Shown: piece after piece, positions 32,346 to 42,716 of the stretch
Layout: every line of letters starts with the position of its first letter
Position numbering within the stretch: position 1 is the stretch's first letter
Assembly: GCA_963737265.1 (NCBI GenBank)
Contig: CAVTRY010000012.1
Location: 32,001-96,000 of the forward strand
From: an uncultured delta proteobacterium
GTDB lineage: Bacteria > Myxococcota_A > Polyangia > Fen-1088
Reading direction: 5' to 3'
Length of the DNA: 64,000 bases
Program-made: the position numbers and the translations under genes
Notes under the pieces: generated by a model
The model's input: the letters and a program-made list of their open reading frames with translations, nothing else
The model's database searches: none
What the model was told of the DNA's origin: nothing

Positions 32346-32639
32346 TCAGCGAATGCGCGCGAGCCCGCGTGCTAAAAAATCATTCTCCAGCGTCAGCTGC
32401 CCCACCTTGCGCAGCAATTCCGATTCGCGTTCGGCGTTCGCCGATTCCTCTGCATTTGCATGGCCTGGTTCGAAAACCATGGCCAGCCGTGTGACGGCTT
32501 CCTTCTTCCACTTGTGAACCAGGTTCGGGTTGATCTTGTATCGGCGCCCGATCTCCACAACCGTTGCCTGCTCCCGCATGGCTTCGAGAGCTACCTGCGC
32601 CTTGAAGAGTGCTGTGTGCTTTTGGCGGTTCGTTTTCAT
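32346..32639 (-). CDS. IS3 OrfA (copy 2)
   Basis: Same protein as 8807-9100. Confidence 0.9.
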   Translation of the reverse strand: MKTNRQKHTALFKAQVALEAMREQATVVEIGRRYKINPNLVHKWKKEAVTRLAMVFEPGHANAEESANAERESELLRKVGQLTLENDFLARGLARIR

Positions 32640-32710
32640 CGTGTCCTGCCTCGTTGTTGAGGCGGACTACACCTTAGCTCCTGGTCCCATTTTTGGGGTC
32701 CACTTCACCC

Positions 32711-33998
32711 CAGGGTCATCGCATCTAAATCCCGAACGATCTTCGCGGTATAGCCGGCGCACCAGAGAGGAACGTTTTTTGATTGAAGGGCGATATCGTG
32801 GCTTGTTCGTAAGTCATGAAGCGAACAACCGTGGCGGAACGAGAAAAGGAAGAGCTGGCGGCATCGATCCTGGAGTACTTCGCGTCGGTGCCGGATCTGC
32901 GGGTGGAGCGGACGCGGCACCACGCGCTGACGGACATCCTGATGCTATCGTTGTGTGCCGTGGTCTGTGGTGCTGACTCCTTCTGTGCTATCGAGACCTA
33001 TGGGCGGGCAAGAGAAGCCTGGTTACGAACGTTTATCGGTCTGCGCGGCGGGATTCCCACACACGACACCATCGGGAGGGTGTTTGCAGCCCTGAATCCA
33101 GATGCCCTGGCTGAGAGGTTCCGGCAGTGGATCTTGAGCGTGGCGCGACTCACGAAAGGCGAGGTCGTGGCCATCGACGGCAAGACGCTGCGACGATCCT
33201 TCCAAGAGGCCGGCAGCCACGCTTTCGTCCACATGGTTAGTGCCTGGGCCACCAACAACCACGTGGTTCTTGGGCAGGTCAAGACAGAGGAGAAATCCAA
33301 CGAGATCACTGCCATTCCGCGGTTGCTCAAGCTCCTGAAGATCAAGGGCTGTCTAGTAACTATCGATGCGATGGGCTGCCAGAAGCAGATCACCGCAGAT
33401 ATCCAGGACGCCGACGCGGATTACCTGCTCGCGGTGAAGGAGAACCAACCCACGCTCAGCGCTGAAGTGACGACAATCTTCGCGCATTGTCGTCGCGACC
33501 CGACGGGATTGGACGTGGATTTTCACGAGACACGCGATGTTGGGCACGGACGAACCGAGGTTCGCCGGTGCTGGACCACAAACATGGTCGAGAGCATCTC
33601 CCAGTACCAGGAATGGACGGGTCTGAGCAGCTTGGTATTGATCGAGTCCGAGCGCACGGTCTCGGGGCACACTTCAACCGAGTGCCGCTACTACATCAGT
33701 TCGCGAAAGAACCTCCCAGCAGATGCCGCTCTCGACGCCGCTCGGAAGCACTGGGGAATCGAAAATGAATTGCACTGGGTTCTCGACGTCACTTTCCGTG
33801 AGGACGAATGCCGTGTTCGCGCCGGCAACGCCGCCCAGAACTTTGCAGTGATGCGCCACATCTCACTCAACCTCCTCAAATCAGTCAAAGACTGCAGGCT
33901 CAGCATCAGGCTTCGCCGAATGCGCGCGGCATGGGATCAGGACTTCATTCTGCAAGTCCTCATGGCCCAACCCGATGTGGGATGATGCGATGACCCTG
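32711..33998 (+). mobile_element. ISAs1-family insertion sequence (1288 bp)
   Basis: TIRs CAGGGTCATCGCATC / GATGCGATGACCCTG. 10-bp TSD CACTTCACCC at 32701-32710 and 33999-34008. Confidence 0.95.
32816..33985 (+). CDS. ISAs1-family transposase
   Basis: AIDGKTLRRS, KSNEITAIP, TIDAMGCQ, HWGIENELHWVLDVTFRED. Confidence 0.95.
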   Translation: MKRTTVAEREKEELAASILEYFASVPDLRVERTRHHALTDILMLSLCAVVCGADSFCAIETYGRAREAWLRTFIGLRGGIPTHDTIGRVFAALNPDALAERFRQWILSVARLTKGEVVAIDGKTLRRSFQEAGSHAFVHMVSAWATNNHVVLGQVKTEEKSNEITAIPRLLKLLKIKGCLVTIDAMGCQKQITADIQDADADYLLAVKENQPTLSAEVTTIFAHCRRDPTGLDVDFHETRDVGHGRTEVRRCWTTNMVESISQYQEWTGLSSLVLIESERTVSGHTSTECRYYISSRKNLPADAALDAARKHWGIENELHWVLDVTFREDECRVRAGNAAQNFAVMRHISLNLLKSVKDCRLSIRLRRMRAAWDQDFILQVLMAQPDVG

Positions 33999-34101
33999 CA
34001 CTTCACCCCTCGTCCGCGAAGTAAATTCGCGGACTTCACCCCACCTACGGCCGAGCCCTTGGCTCGGCTGCTGAAGAACTGTCCAATTTTTGGACAGTTC
34101 T

Positions 34102-34599
34102 TCAGTTCTCGCAGGTCCACGGTCCGCTCACGTTCACGGTGGTGGTGCCGCCATAGTACAAAAACACCCCGTCCAGCGTGCCGCTCTTGCCATCGCTGTT
34201 GATGGTGAGGTTCATGTGGGTCCCTGTGCCGCTGTTTATGTAGCTGTGGAGGTTGCCGTCGGTAAGGTACGTCGAATCATCGAAACTGCTCGATGTGTAG
34301 ATCCCCGGAGCGCCGCTGCTGTTGCGGATTATGATCTGCAGCAAGATGTATTTGCTGCTTGTGTCGGCATTGCGGGAGAAATCGATCACGTAGTCGGTAG
34401 TGAACCAGACGCCGCATGAACCAAGCTCGGTAAAGGTGAGGTTCTCGGCGCCAGTGACGACAATATCCGAACCATTGGCGGCGACATGGCCACTGTCAAG
34501 GCCGCCACCGTCGTTGCCCAGGCCGGCACTGTCGGTGCTCCTGCAGCTCGCGCCCAACGAGAATAGTGCCAGGGCAGCCCACATCATGTGTCTTTGCAT
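34102..34599 (-). CDS. Putative lipoprotein
   Basis: Signal peptide with LGASC lipobox. Its TGA stop is the MITE target triplet. Confidence 0.6.
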   Translation of the reverse strand: MQRHMMWAALALFSLGASCRSTDSAGLGNDGGGLDSGHVAANGSDIVVTGAENLTFTELGSCGVWFTTDYVIDFSRNADTSSKYILLQIIIRNSSGAPGIYTSSSFDDSTYLTDGNLHSYINSGTGTHMNLTINSDGKSGTLDGVFLYYGGTTTVNVSGPWTCEN

Positions 34600-35123
34600 G
34601 TCGTTTCCTTCCGTGACGGCGCTGAAAGTACTCGGCCGGTCTGCTCGTGGGCAAGCGACATCGTGTGACAGTTGCGCAACGTTCAGGACCCTTGGTGTCC
34701 GAAAAGTCGTCGCTGGAATTCTGCCATAAATTCGCCGAGATTCGCAGCTTGAATCTGCATGCCTGGACGGCCAAAGTGGCGACCAATGCTACCGTAACCC
34801 GCGAGATCGCCTTTCCGGCGCCCAGGAATCGGCGTCCATGTCGATGACGCAGTGCCGAGAGAGCGACCGTGCCGGCGGCGCCTGGGAAGACGGATCCCCA
34901 TTGCTTGTGCTCCAAATTGGTGATGATGACTGGTGGTGACGGAGGACTTGGATTCGTGGCGACGGTTGGTGATGTTGTAGAGGACGTTAGCGGAGCGGCA
35001 ACCGCGCACTGGCGCCCGGACAAGGCCTTTACCTAACTTTACTTTCGCGCAATACGCCCACAGCATCCGGGCCTCATCTTGAGAACAGACGGAACAAACA
35101 ACCGTCGTCCCAAGGAGGTCCCG

Positions 35124-35645
35124 ATGAACTCGACAGAATCGACAAAGACAACCCATTCGAGGAAACGACACCTGTGGCTGCTTTTGGCGGCCGTGCCCGT
35201 GCTGCTGGGCGCCGGCTTCTGCGCGGCACGTGCGCACGCGGCCGACGCCGGCTTCGGCTACGGTCCGGATGCTTTAGGCGGCACGCCCGAACAGCACAAG
35301 GAATTCATGGAGCACCGGCTCGACAAGATGCTGGGCGTGCTCAAGGCGACCGATTCGCAGAGCGCGGCCGTCAAAGCCATCTTCGAGCGCATGTTCGCCG
35401 AGATGCAACCCGTCCACCAACAGCACAAGCAACTGCACGACGCCATGATCGCCGCCTTCACCGCGAACAGCGTGGACCGCGCGGCCGTCGAGCAGTTGCG
35501 CGTGCAAGCCATTGCGCTGGCGGACCAAGGCTCGCAGGTGTTCAGCAAGGCGCTGCTCGACGCGGCCCAAGTGCTCACGCCCGAGCAGCGGCAAACCCTG
35601 GCCAAGTTCGTCCAGGAACACCACGGCCATCGCCACCATTTCTAA
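35124..35645 (+). CDS. Spy/CpxP-family periplasmic protein
   Basis: AAGGAGG RBS, signal peptide, VLTPEQRQ (LTxxQ) motif, upstream of an RR-HK pair. Confidence 0.85.
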   Translation: MNSTESTKTTHSRKRHLWLLLAAVPVLLGAGFCAARAHAADAGFGYGPDALGGTPEQHKEFMEHRLDKMLGVLKATDSQSAAVKAIFERMFAEMQPVHQQHKQLHDAMIAAFTANSVDRAAVEQLRVQAIALADQGSQVFSKALLDAAQVLTPEQRQTLAKFVQEHHGHRHHF

Positions 35646-35647
35646 TG

Positions 35648-35720
35648 GGAACCCTGAGAGGGTCCCCAAGCCCTCCCGCGATTGGTCCGCGCCGAGCAAA
35701 GCTCGGCGGCTCCCCACGCG
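35648..35720. repeat. REP-like palindromic intergenic element
   Basis: Hairpins ACCCTGAGAGGGT and GCCGAGCAAAGCTCGGC directly after the stop codon. Confidence 0.5.
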
Positions 35721-35791
35721 ATCCAAGCCAATTTCCTCAACCTGGCCGGACCGGCTATGCTCCCCGCTAGCCGGTCCGGCTCTTTTCAGTC

Positions 35792-36499
35792 ATGCCAGCG
35801 CGTGTCCTTCTCATCGACGACGATGCCCGCCTCGTGGAAATGCTCGGCGAGTATTTGCGCTCGCGCGGCTATCACGTCGAAGTACGCGGCGACGGCGAGT
35901 CGGGCCTGGCGGCGCAGGCACGCGCTGACTTCGACGCCGTCATTCTGGACGTGATGTTGCCCGGCATCGACGGACTGGAAGTCTGCCGCCGCCTGCGCAA
36001 GCGGTCGCAAGTGCCCATCTTGATGCTGACCGCGCGAGGCGACGACATGGACCGTATCATCGGGCTGGAGATCGGCGCCGACGATTACCTGCCCAAGCCT
36101 TTCAACCCGCGCGAGCTGCTCGCGCGCCTGGCCGCGATCCTGCGCCGCGCGCGGCCGACAGTTGGCCAGCCTGAAGATGTGCTGCGTTTCGGGGCGCTGG
36201 AAATCGACCGCGCGGCCCGGGAGGTGCGCGTGCGCGGAGAGCGCCGCGAGCTGACCGGACGCCAATTTAATTTGCTTCTCCTGCTCGCCGAACGCGCCGG
36301 CCGCGTGCAGACGCGCGAACAGATCATGGAAGCGCTCAAGGGCGAGGAGTGGGACAGCGTGGATCGCAGCATCGACGTGCACATTTCCCGCATCCGGCAA
36401 TTGATCGAGGACGACGCCCGACATCCGCGTTTCGTGCAAACCGTGCGCGGCACCGGCTACGTGCTAACGCCGCCGCCAGCCGAACGGGACGAGCCATGA
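35792..36499 (+). CDS. OmpR-family response regulator
   Basis: LIDDD, ILDVMLP, GADDYLPKPF, QTVRGTGY. Confidence 0.93.
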   Translation: MPARVLLIDDDARLVEMLGEYLRSRGYHVEVRGDGESGLAAQARADFDAVILDVMLPGIDGLEVCRRLRKRSQVPILMLTARGDDMDRIIGLEIGADDYLPKPFNPRELLARLAAILRRARPTVGQPEDVLRFGALEIDRAAREVRVRGERRELTGRQFNLLLLLAERAGRVQTREQIMEALKGEEWDSVDRSIDVHISRIRQLIEDDARHPRFVQTVRGTGYVLTPPPAERDEP

Positions 36500-37768
36500 C
36501 CCATCGCCTGTATCTGCGCCTCTATCTCGCCTTTCTCGCCATCGTCGTGGTATCGTTGCTGGTGACCGCGACGATGGCGCGCGCCTTTCACGAGCCGGGT
36601 GGAACGGTTTCGCACTTCATCACGCCGCTGGCGCGATCGCTGCGTGTGCACCGTGCCCGGCGTGTGCAAGGGCGAAGCCGCGCGCGGCTTGAGCGAAACT
36701 GCGCGCGTGTTGAACATCGACATCGCGGTCTGGGACGAACAAGGCCGCCAGCTTTTCCAAGAGTCCAAGACTCCGATTTCGCTTCCCGCGGACGCCACGG
36801 CGGGATGGCACCACACCTCGCGCGGCCCGATGTGGCTCATCGACATGGGCGACGGCCGCATGCTGGGCTTGCGCGAGCGCGGCCACTTCGGACCGCGCGG
36901 CCGACTCTTTCTGCCCACGCTCATCGGCCTGGCCTTGGTGATGGCCGTTGGGCTCTACCCGTTAAGTCGCAGCATCACGCGGCGGATCGAGCACCTGGCC
37001 GAGGGCGCGCGGCGCTGGGGCGCGGGCGATCTCGCGCACCGGGTGCCTGTGGTGGGCAAGGACGAAATCGCCTTGCTCGCCGAGCGCTTCAACCAAACCG
37101 CCGCCGCCATCGAGTCCTTGCTTGCGCAAGAGCGCCAGATGCTGGCCACCGCCTCGCACGAGCTGCGCTCGCCACTCGCGCGCGTGCGTATGGCGCTGGA
37201 GCTTCTGGCCGAAGAAGCCGATGCCGTTCGGCGCGCCGAACTCTCTCGCCGCTCGGCCGAGGACATCGCCGAGCTCGATGCCCTGGTCGAGGAGCTGCTG
37301 CTCACGGCACGCACGCAAGCAGCCGTGCCACGACGGCCTTTCACCGAGGTCGATTTGCTCGCCCTGGTGCGCACCGAGACCGAAGAGGTCGGCGCGCAAG
37401 TTGTTGGCGAGCCGACTGTGCTTTCCTGCGAGCCGGCCATGATCAAGCGTATGGTGCGCAACCTCTTGGTCAATGCGCGATTGCATGGCCAAGGCGGCGC
37501 CATTCGCGCGGAGATCCTGCGCAAGGGCTCGCAAGTCCTGATCGCCGTCGAAGACGATGGCCCGGGCGTGTCCGAAAGCGAACGCGAGCGTATCTTCGCG
37601 CCCTTCTACCGCGCGCCCGGCCCGCGGCCGCCCGGCGACACCGGCCTTGGCCTCGGCCTGGCCCTGGTTCGCCAAGTCGCGCGCTACCACGGCGGCGACG
37701 TCGTCTACGTTCCCCGCCAGCCCAAAGGCAGCCGCTTCGAAGTGAGCCTGCCCTTGGCAAGCGGATAG
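36496..37768 (+). pseudogene. HAMP-domain sensor histidine kinase with a frameshift near 36640-36670
   Basis: ATGA overlap with the RR. The N-terminal TM is in a different frame from HAMP, ASHELRSPL and GLGLGL. Confidence 0.85.
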
Positions 37769-38282
37769 CAGCAGCCTGGCGTCGTCCGCGGCAGGCGCGC
37801 TTGCAACAATGGCTGCGAACTTCGCGCGATGGACACGCGGAAAGCTTGAGTTGGAAGGCATGGGATCGGACGATGCCGTAGCCTGCGTAGCCGCCGACGA
37901 GCCGGCCGCCTGGATGCCCTGGAACTACCGCCAAAGCCTAGCCACGCTCGATCCGACCTCAACCTGACTGCAGCGCCAGGCGCCAGCGCCCCTCTCAGGT
38001 CGGGCCGCCAACCCTACGCTGGCATCAACCCGGCGCCTGCGCACGCGTGCCGGAAGGACACGGGATGGAGTCGACGTTTACACAGCCAGCGAGAAGCGCG
38101 GCGACGAGCAGACATTTGATTTTCATCTATGCTTCTTAGCGCGAACCGTCCGAGGATCCAGGATCTTCCCATCAGCCGTGCAAGAGGTGGTTGGGCCACG
38201 CGATAGGGTGTAACCCGGCTTCAGACTCGGCATCCAAGCCGAAGCTGCGAGAGAGCTAGGAACATCGCGAAGGAATTCTTTC

Positions 38283-38945
38283 ATGGAGCTAGAACAACGG
38301 GCTGAAGTCTTCATCAGCGTTCACAAGGGATTGCGCCGGGGCCTCGCCGGGCTTGCGCTCGACATTGGCCAGGTGGATTGGGAAGACGATTCCGAGGTGA
38401 AGACCCTCGATAAGAAATTCTCCGACATGCTGCACTTCTTGCGCGAGCACGCCGCCAATGAAGACGAAGTACAGTTTCCCTTCCTGGAAGTGCGGGTTCC
38501 CGACGCAGCGGCCCCGGAGCGGGCGGAACACCGCGAGCTGGAGACCGAGCTCGATGGAATGGAGCGCGACTGGAACGGCATCTTGAGCGACGGAGCGAGG
38601 CGTGAGGCCGGGTACCTCTTCTATTTGGGGTACAACCACTTTCTGTCGGGATACCTGGCCCACATGGATCGCGAAGAGACGCACCTGACGGATCTGTTCT
38701 ATCGGCATTGCTCCGACGCCGAGATCGAGGGCGAGTTCAAGAAGATCATCGCGCGCACCACGCCGCAAGACATGAGCATGATGCTTTCGCACATGCTTCC
38801 AGCCATGAACCCTTGGGAGCGCCGTCAGTTGCTCGCCAAGGTCCGCGCGTCCGCGCCTCCCGAGGTGTTCGGCAAAGTGAAGGGGCTGGCCAAGAACGTC
38901 CTGGCGCCGCGCGATTGGGACAAACTGTCGACGCACCTGGCATAG
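38283..38945 (+). CDS. Hemerythrin-domain protein
   Basis: VHKGLR, EHAANED, AEHRE, AHMDREE metal-ligand motifs. Confidence 0.85.
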   Translation: MELEQRAEVFISVHKGLRRGLAGLALDIGQVDWEDDSEVKTLDKKFSDMLHFLREHAANEDEVQFPFLEVRVPDAAAPERAEHRELETELDGMERDWNGILSDGARREAGYLFYLGYNHFLSGYLAHMDREETHLTDLFYRHCSDAEIEGEFKKIIARTTPQDMSMMLSHMLPAMNPWERRQLLAKVRASAPPEVFGKVKGLAKNVLAPRDWDKLSTHLA

Positions 38946-38989
38946 GCCGTGCATGGCGCCGAGTTCCAGAGATCTAACGCGCCAGCCAA

Positions 38990-39141
38990 ACGTGAGCACC
39001 ATGACTAGCGGTTACGCCGAGGATCTGGTCAAGGAGGATCCGGCCGCGCATAGCTTCAAGGCCAGCCTGCGCAAGCCCTTTGCAATGTCAGACCTGTCGG
39101 AGTTGCTCGAAGAGCACGTTCCACCACGGAGGCCCTGCTAA
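38990..39141 (+). pseudogene. Receiver-domain C-terminal fragment
   Basis: TSGYAED...LRKPFAMSDLSELL, no N-terminus. Confidence 0.5.
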
Positions 39142-39190
39142 CTGAGCTAGAGCCGAACATACCGGCGGCCGCTGTCGCGGACCAGGGGAG

Positions 39191-39637
39191 TTATTCGGGA
39201 ATCTCTGCCTCCACCAATTGCGCAAGTAGAACCAGCGATTCTTGCCAGCCGAGGTAGCACATCTCGGTGGGAATCATGGCGGGGATTCCTTCTTGCACGA
39301 TGCCTAACTCGGTTCCGCACGACACCAGCGTGAGGGACACCGTGGTCCGCATTTCGCCTGGCATGTTCGGGTCGTCGAACGTGTCGGTGTAGCAAATTCG
39401 TTCGTTGGGCACGAGCTCCAGATACTCTCCGCCAAACGAGTGACTTTGCCCGGTGGTGAAGTTGGTGAACGACATCTTGTAGGTGCCACCAACCCCGGCG
39501 TCAAGATGGTGGACTTTGCCGGTGAAGCCGTGCGGTGGGAGCCATTTTGCCATGGCATCGGCGTCGAGAAAGGCCCGGTAAATTAGTTCGGGCTTGGCCC
39601 GAATCACTCGGTGGAGTCGAACGGTGCCTGTGGCCAT
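39191..39637 (-). CDS. SRPBCC/AHSA1-family protein
   Basis: VRLHRVIRAKPELIYRAFLDADAMAKWLPP, CYLGWQESL. AAGGAG RBS. Confidence 0.9.
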   Translation of the reverse strand: MATGTVRLHRVIRAKPELIYRAFLDADAMAKWLPPHGFTGKVHHLDAGVGGTYKMSFTNFTTGQSHSFGGEYLELVPNERICYTDTFDDPNMPGEMRTTVSLTLVSCGTELGIVQEGIPAMIPTEMCYLGWQESLVLLAQLVEAEIPE

Positions 39638-39811
39638 GTTGCTCTCCTTTCGTCCTGAGGCGCGCTTCGAATTGGATCTGCCGAACAGCGCAAAGGTGAC
39701 AGAAAATCCGGCACCGCCCATCGGCAACGACAACGTGATAGGCGCCGAGGACACCGAGAACCAACGGTCTTGACGACGCGATCGCCCTGCGCCTCTCCGG
39801 CCAATTTGTAA

Positions 39812-40756
39812 TTAGACCTGCGCGAAATGCTCGGCGGCCTGGGCGAGCGTGAGGAAGGTCGCACCGGCGGCGTGCGCTTCGGTCAGCGTGGCGTCCAGCG
39901 CCGCCAGCTTGCGCGAAAGGGACACGCGCAAGTCAGGCTGCCGGGCGACCAGCGCGGGCGAAATGCAGTCCGCAGTTGCATCGGCGAGATCGATACCGTG
40001 CAATTCCAGATTGAAATGCGACGTGGTCAGCGCCGAGGCCACCAGGCGGCGGCGAAGCCACTCGGGCGAAATCACGAGCATCGTTCCGATGACGTGCAGA
40101 CGCAAAGCGGGCGTCACGGTCACGGGCAGCTCCATGATAGGCCGATCCCCGCGGCGATAGGGCGCCTGCGCGGCGGGGCGGTATGGCGAGCGAGGCGCGC
40201 CGAGCACGTTCGGGCTGCCGAGGATGCTGCCCGACGCTCGGCCGGTCACGCGAATGGCCGCCATGACCGCCGCCTTGGCGAGATAGTACGGTATCGCCGG
40301 GAACGCCGACGAGTCGTAGCGGTAACCGCGCTCGCACAAGAGATCGATGAGATCGGCCGAGATCTCATAGCCGGGCGCGCGGAAACCAACCGGTGGCTGG
40401 CCGGTGGCGGCCATGATGGCCGCATGGGCGCGGTCGAGCTCGGCGGCGATCTGCTCGCGCCCAAGGCGCACCAGGTTGTAAGGATGGCTGTACGAGTGGC
40501 TGGCAATCTCGTGCCCAGCCTTGGCCAAATCGACGACGATCCGCCTGCCCTCGGCGTCTTCCTCCAAGTCCTGGCCCACCACAAACAGCGTCGCGCGAAT
40601 GCCGTGCTTGGCAAACAGCTCGCCAAGCCGGGGCAGCGCTCGTCGCAAGATCGCGAAGCGAGCATCTCCCGACGGACGCGCGGCAAGGGAGTGAATGCGG
40701 TGGTAACACGCGATTGCGTCTAGATCGACGGAGACTGAAACAAGGGGGGACGCCAC
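39812..40756 (-). CDS. Polysaccharide deacetylase family protein
   Basis: VSVDLD, ATLFVVG, HEIASHSYSH, GFRAPG, YDSS. Confidence 0.88.
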   Translation of the reverse strand: MASPLVSVSVDLDAIACYHRIHSLAARPSGDARFAILRRALPRLGELFAKHGIRATLFVVGQDLEEDAEGRRIVVDLAKAGHEIASHSYSHPYNLVRLGREQIAAELDRAHAAIMAATGQPPVGFRAPGYEISADLIDLLCERGYRYDSSAFPAIPYYLAKAAVMAAIRVTGRASGSILGSPNVLGAPRSPYRPAAQAPYRRGDRPIMELPVTVTPALRLHVIGTMLVISPEWLRRRLVASALTTSHFNLELHGIDLADATADCISPALVARQPDLRVSLSRKLAALDATLTEAHAAGATFLTLAQAAEHFAQV

Positions 40757-40796
40757 GGAGGAATCGTAGGCGGCCTTCGCCCAAAGCTCAAGGCCG

Positions 40797-42716
40797 TCAG
40801 AAACGCCCCGATAGCCCGACCATGCCTCCCGAGGGTGTGGGCGCGATCCCGACCTGCACGCCGAGACCCGGATCCGAGCGGTACAGCTTGAGCAGACGTT
40901 CGGTCGGGTTCTCGACCAAAGAGCGCAAGGCAAATCCTCCGGCAACAAGCAAGCCTGAGAGCCCATACAGCGCGGCAGCGCCCGAAGGCTGTAGCTTGGG
41001 AGGGCCGAACCACGAAGGCTTGGCCAGCCCCAGGGTCGTCAGGGTGATGCCACCGGCTCCCAGAACTTCAAAGTACCAGAATCCGTAATTTCGCATCATT
41101 CGATCACGGCGGGCGATCTCTTCAAGTGCCTCTTCTGTCTTTGCGAATGCCACGGGCTTGTTCCGCGCCGAGGCCACCTCCGACTTGAAAACTTCGAGGG
41201 CGACCTCGCCCGACGTCGGGATGAGTAACCGGGCCACGCCTCCACCGAAAATTGCCGCCCCCAGGCTGGCCAGGGCAATGGAGCCACCCCGGCTACCGCC
41301 TGTTCCATAACGAGGCGTATCGGCGTAAGAAGCGACGGCCGTGGCCGCGAGAATTCCGCCCACCCCGAGAAGGATGCCGCCGCCAAACCTGCGATTCTGG
41401 CGATCACTGTCGGCCATGGCAGCGATGTAGTTCTGCATGCGCAGGACATCGGTATCGCTCACGCCATAGACAGCCCCGGTCTCGGACACATTCGCGGCCA
41501 TGAACTTCGCATAAGCGGCAGGGCCATAAGGCAATGCGAAGATGGAGCCGAACAGTCGGTCGCCCCGCGCCGCCAGAGAAGGTTCGGCGGCAGTCAGCCC
41601 GGCAAGACGAATCTCGCCATCACCCACTGGCGCGTCGCGCTCGATGACGAGCGGCCGGCCGGCGTCTTTCGCGGTTTGTTTCTCGACGTAGATCGAGACT
41701 GCCTGGGCCTCGGGCCCGGGCAGCACCACGGTCATCGGCTCCTGGTCTTTGTGAAGGTCGAGCAGGCGCTCGCCGCGATCGCTTTTCACCCACAGGCGCG
41801 CCGGTCCGTCGCCTAGGACCAAGCGCCGGCCCTTGGCTTTGCTCGGCCGGAAGAGCGGCGACGTGGATTCGCCGTTGGGACCGCGGAAGTAGATGTGCGG
41901 TCGTAGGTTGTCGCGCGTGATGCGCTGATTGGCCTGATCGACGAAACCGGCCGCTTCGGCGTAGCTGACGCTGCCGTCGCCGTCCACATCGGCGGCGCCC
42001 GACAGACCCGAGCGCAGCTCGTGGCTGAAGACGCCCGACTCGAGCTCTGACCATTCGAACACCTCGGCGTCGCTGTTGGTGGACAGGAACAGGCCGACCT
42101 CGGGGTGGCGTTTGGAAAACCCCAGCGCCATGTCCTTGGGCGTGGCCCAGCGGCGCCCACCCGGTTTTCGCGGATTGAGCACGAAAAAGGAATCGCAGCT
42201 ATCGAGCAAGACGTGCTTGGTGTCGGCGGGGATGGTCTCGATGATGGCGCGTTCGAGAAACTGTCCGTCGACGCGGCCGTCTTCGAGGTCGATGGTTCCG
42301 CGCCCCCGTTCTACGTCGCCATGGCCGGCGTAGACAAAGTAGAACGCGGTTTTGGAGCCAGCCTTGCGGGCCGATTGCACGGCGGCGGCGATGCGCCGGG
42401 CGGCCGACTCGACAGCTGCTGTCGTCGGTGCCCTGGCCACGTCCAGCAGCTCGGGGTAGGCGGCGGCGCTGGCCCGATCGAATGTCGTGAGCAGAACAAC
42501 GTTGTCGGCATCGGCCACCGAGCGGAACAGGCGATAGTAGCGCGCGCCATCGTCGTCGGCGTATTGCAAGTCGGGCATGCTCAGCGACGAGCTGCGGTTG
42601 TTCGTCACCACCAGTGCGAAGGTTCGCGTCTCCTCGGCCGCGGCCACCGGCGCCGACGGAATCAGAACCAGAATCAGTGCCGCCAATACCGTCAGAGATG
42701 TCAGCGCGCGTTCCAT
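40797..42716 (-). CDS. Exported caspase-family (clan CD) protease with C-terminal TM helices
   Basis: Signal peptide, LQYADDD, YAGHG (His) and LDSC (Cys) dyad, GLSGAADVDGDG. Confidence 0.85.
   Translation of the reverse strand: MERALTSLTVLAALILVLIPSAPVAAAEETRTFALVVTNNRSSSLSMPDLQYADDDGARYYRLFRSVADADNVVLLTTFDRASAAAYPELLDVARAPTTAAVESAARRIAAAVQSARKAGSKTAFYFVYAGHGDVERGRGTIDLEDGRVDGQFLERAIIETIPADTKHVLLDSCDSFFVLNPRKPGGRRWATPKDMALGFSKRHPEVGLFLSTNSDAEVFEWSELESGVFSHELRSGLSGAADVDGDGSVSYAEAAGFVDQANQRITRDNLRPHIYFRGPNGESTSPLFRPSKAKGRRLVLGDGPARLWVKSDRGERLLDLHKDQEPMTVVLPGPEAQAVSIYVEKQTAKDAGRPLVIERDAPVGDGEIRLAGLTAAEPSLAARGDRLFGSIFALPYGPAAYAKFMAANVSETGAVYGVSDTDVLRMQNYIAAMADSDRQNRRFGGGILLGVGGILAATAVASYADTPRYGTGGSRGGSIALASLGAAIFGGGVARLLIPTSGEVALEVFKSEVASARNKPVAFAKTEEALEEIARRDRMMRNYGFWYFEVLGAGGITLTTLGLAKPSWFGPPKLQPSGAAALYGLSGLLVAGGFALRSLVENPTERLLKLYRSDPGLGVQVGIAPTPSGGMVGLSGRF

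Larger units (their letters stand above)
31272..32707 (-). mobile_element. IS3-family insertion sequence, copy 2 (1436 bp)
   Basis: Reverse complement of 8739-10174, one substitution noticed. CCC on both flanks. Confidence 0.95.
31031..34101 (-). mobile_element. 165-bp hairpin MITE (copy A), split by nested insertions
   Basis: 31031-31084 and 34009-34101 are reverse complements of the two parts of 45410-45574. TCA flanks both ends. Confidence 0.85.

Noticed and set aside
8739-32707. Composite transposon bounded by the two inverted IS3 copies
   Set aside because: Each copy has its own matching flanks (GGC/GGC and CCC/CCC), indicating independent insertions.
36496-37768. Programmed frameshift in the histidine kinase (and in istB, OmpA, recombinase)
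   Set aside because: No slippery motif noticed. Decay or sequencing indels are simpler explanations.
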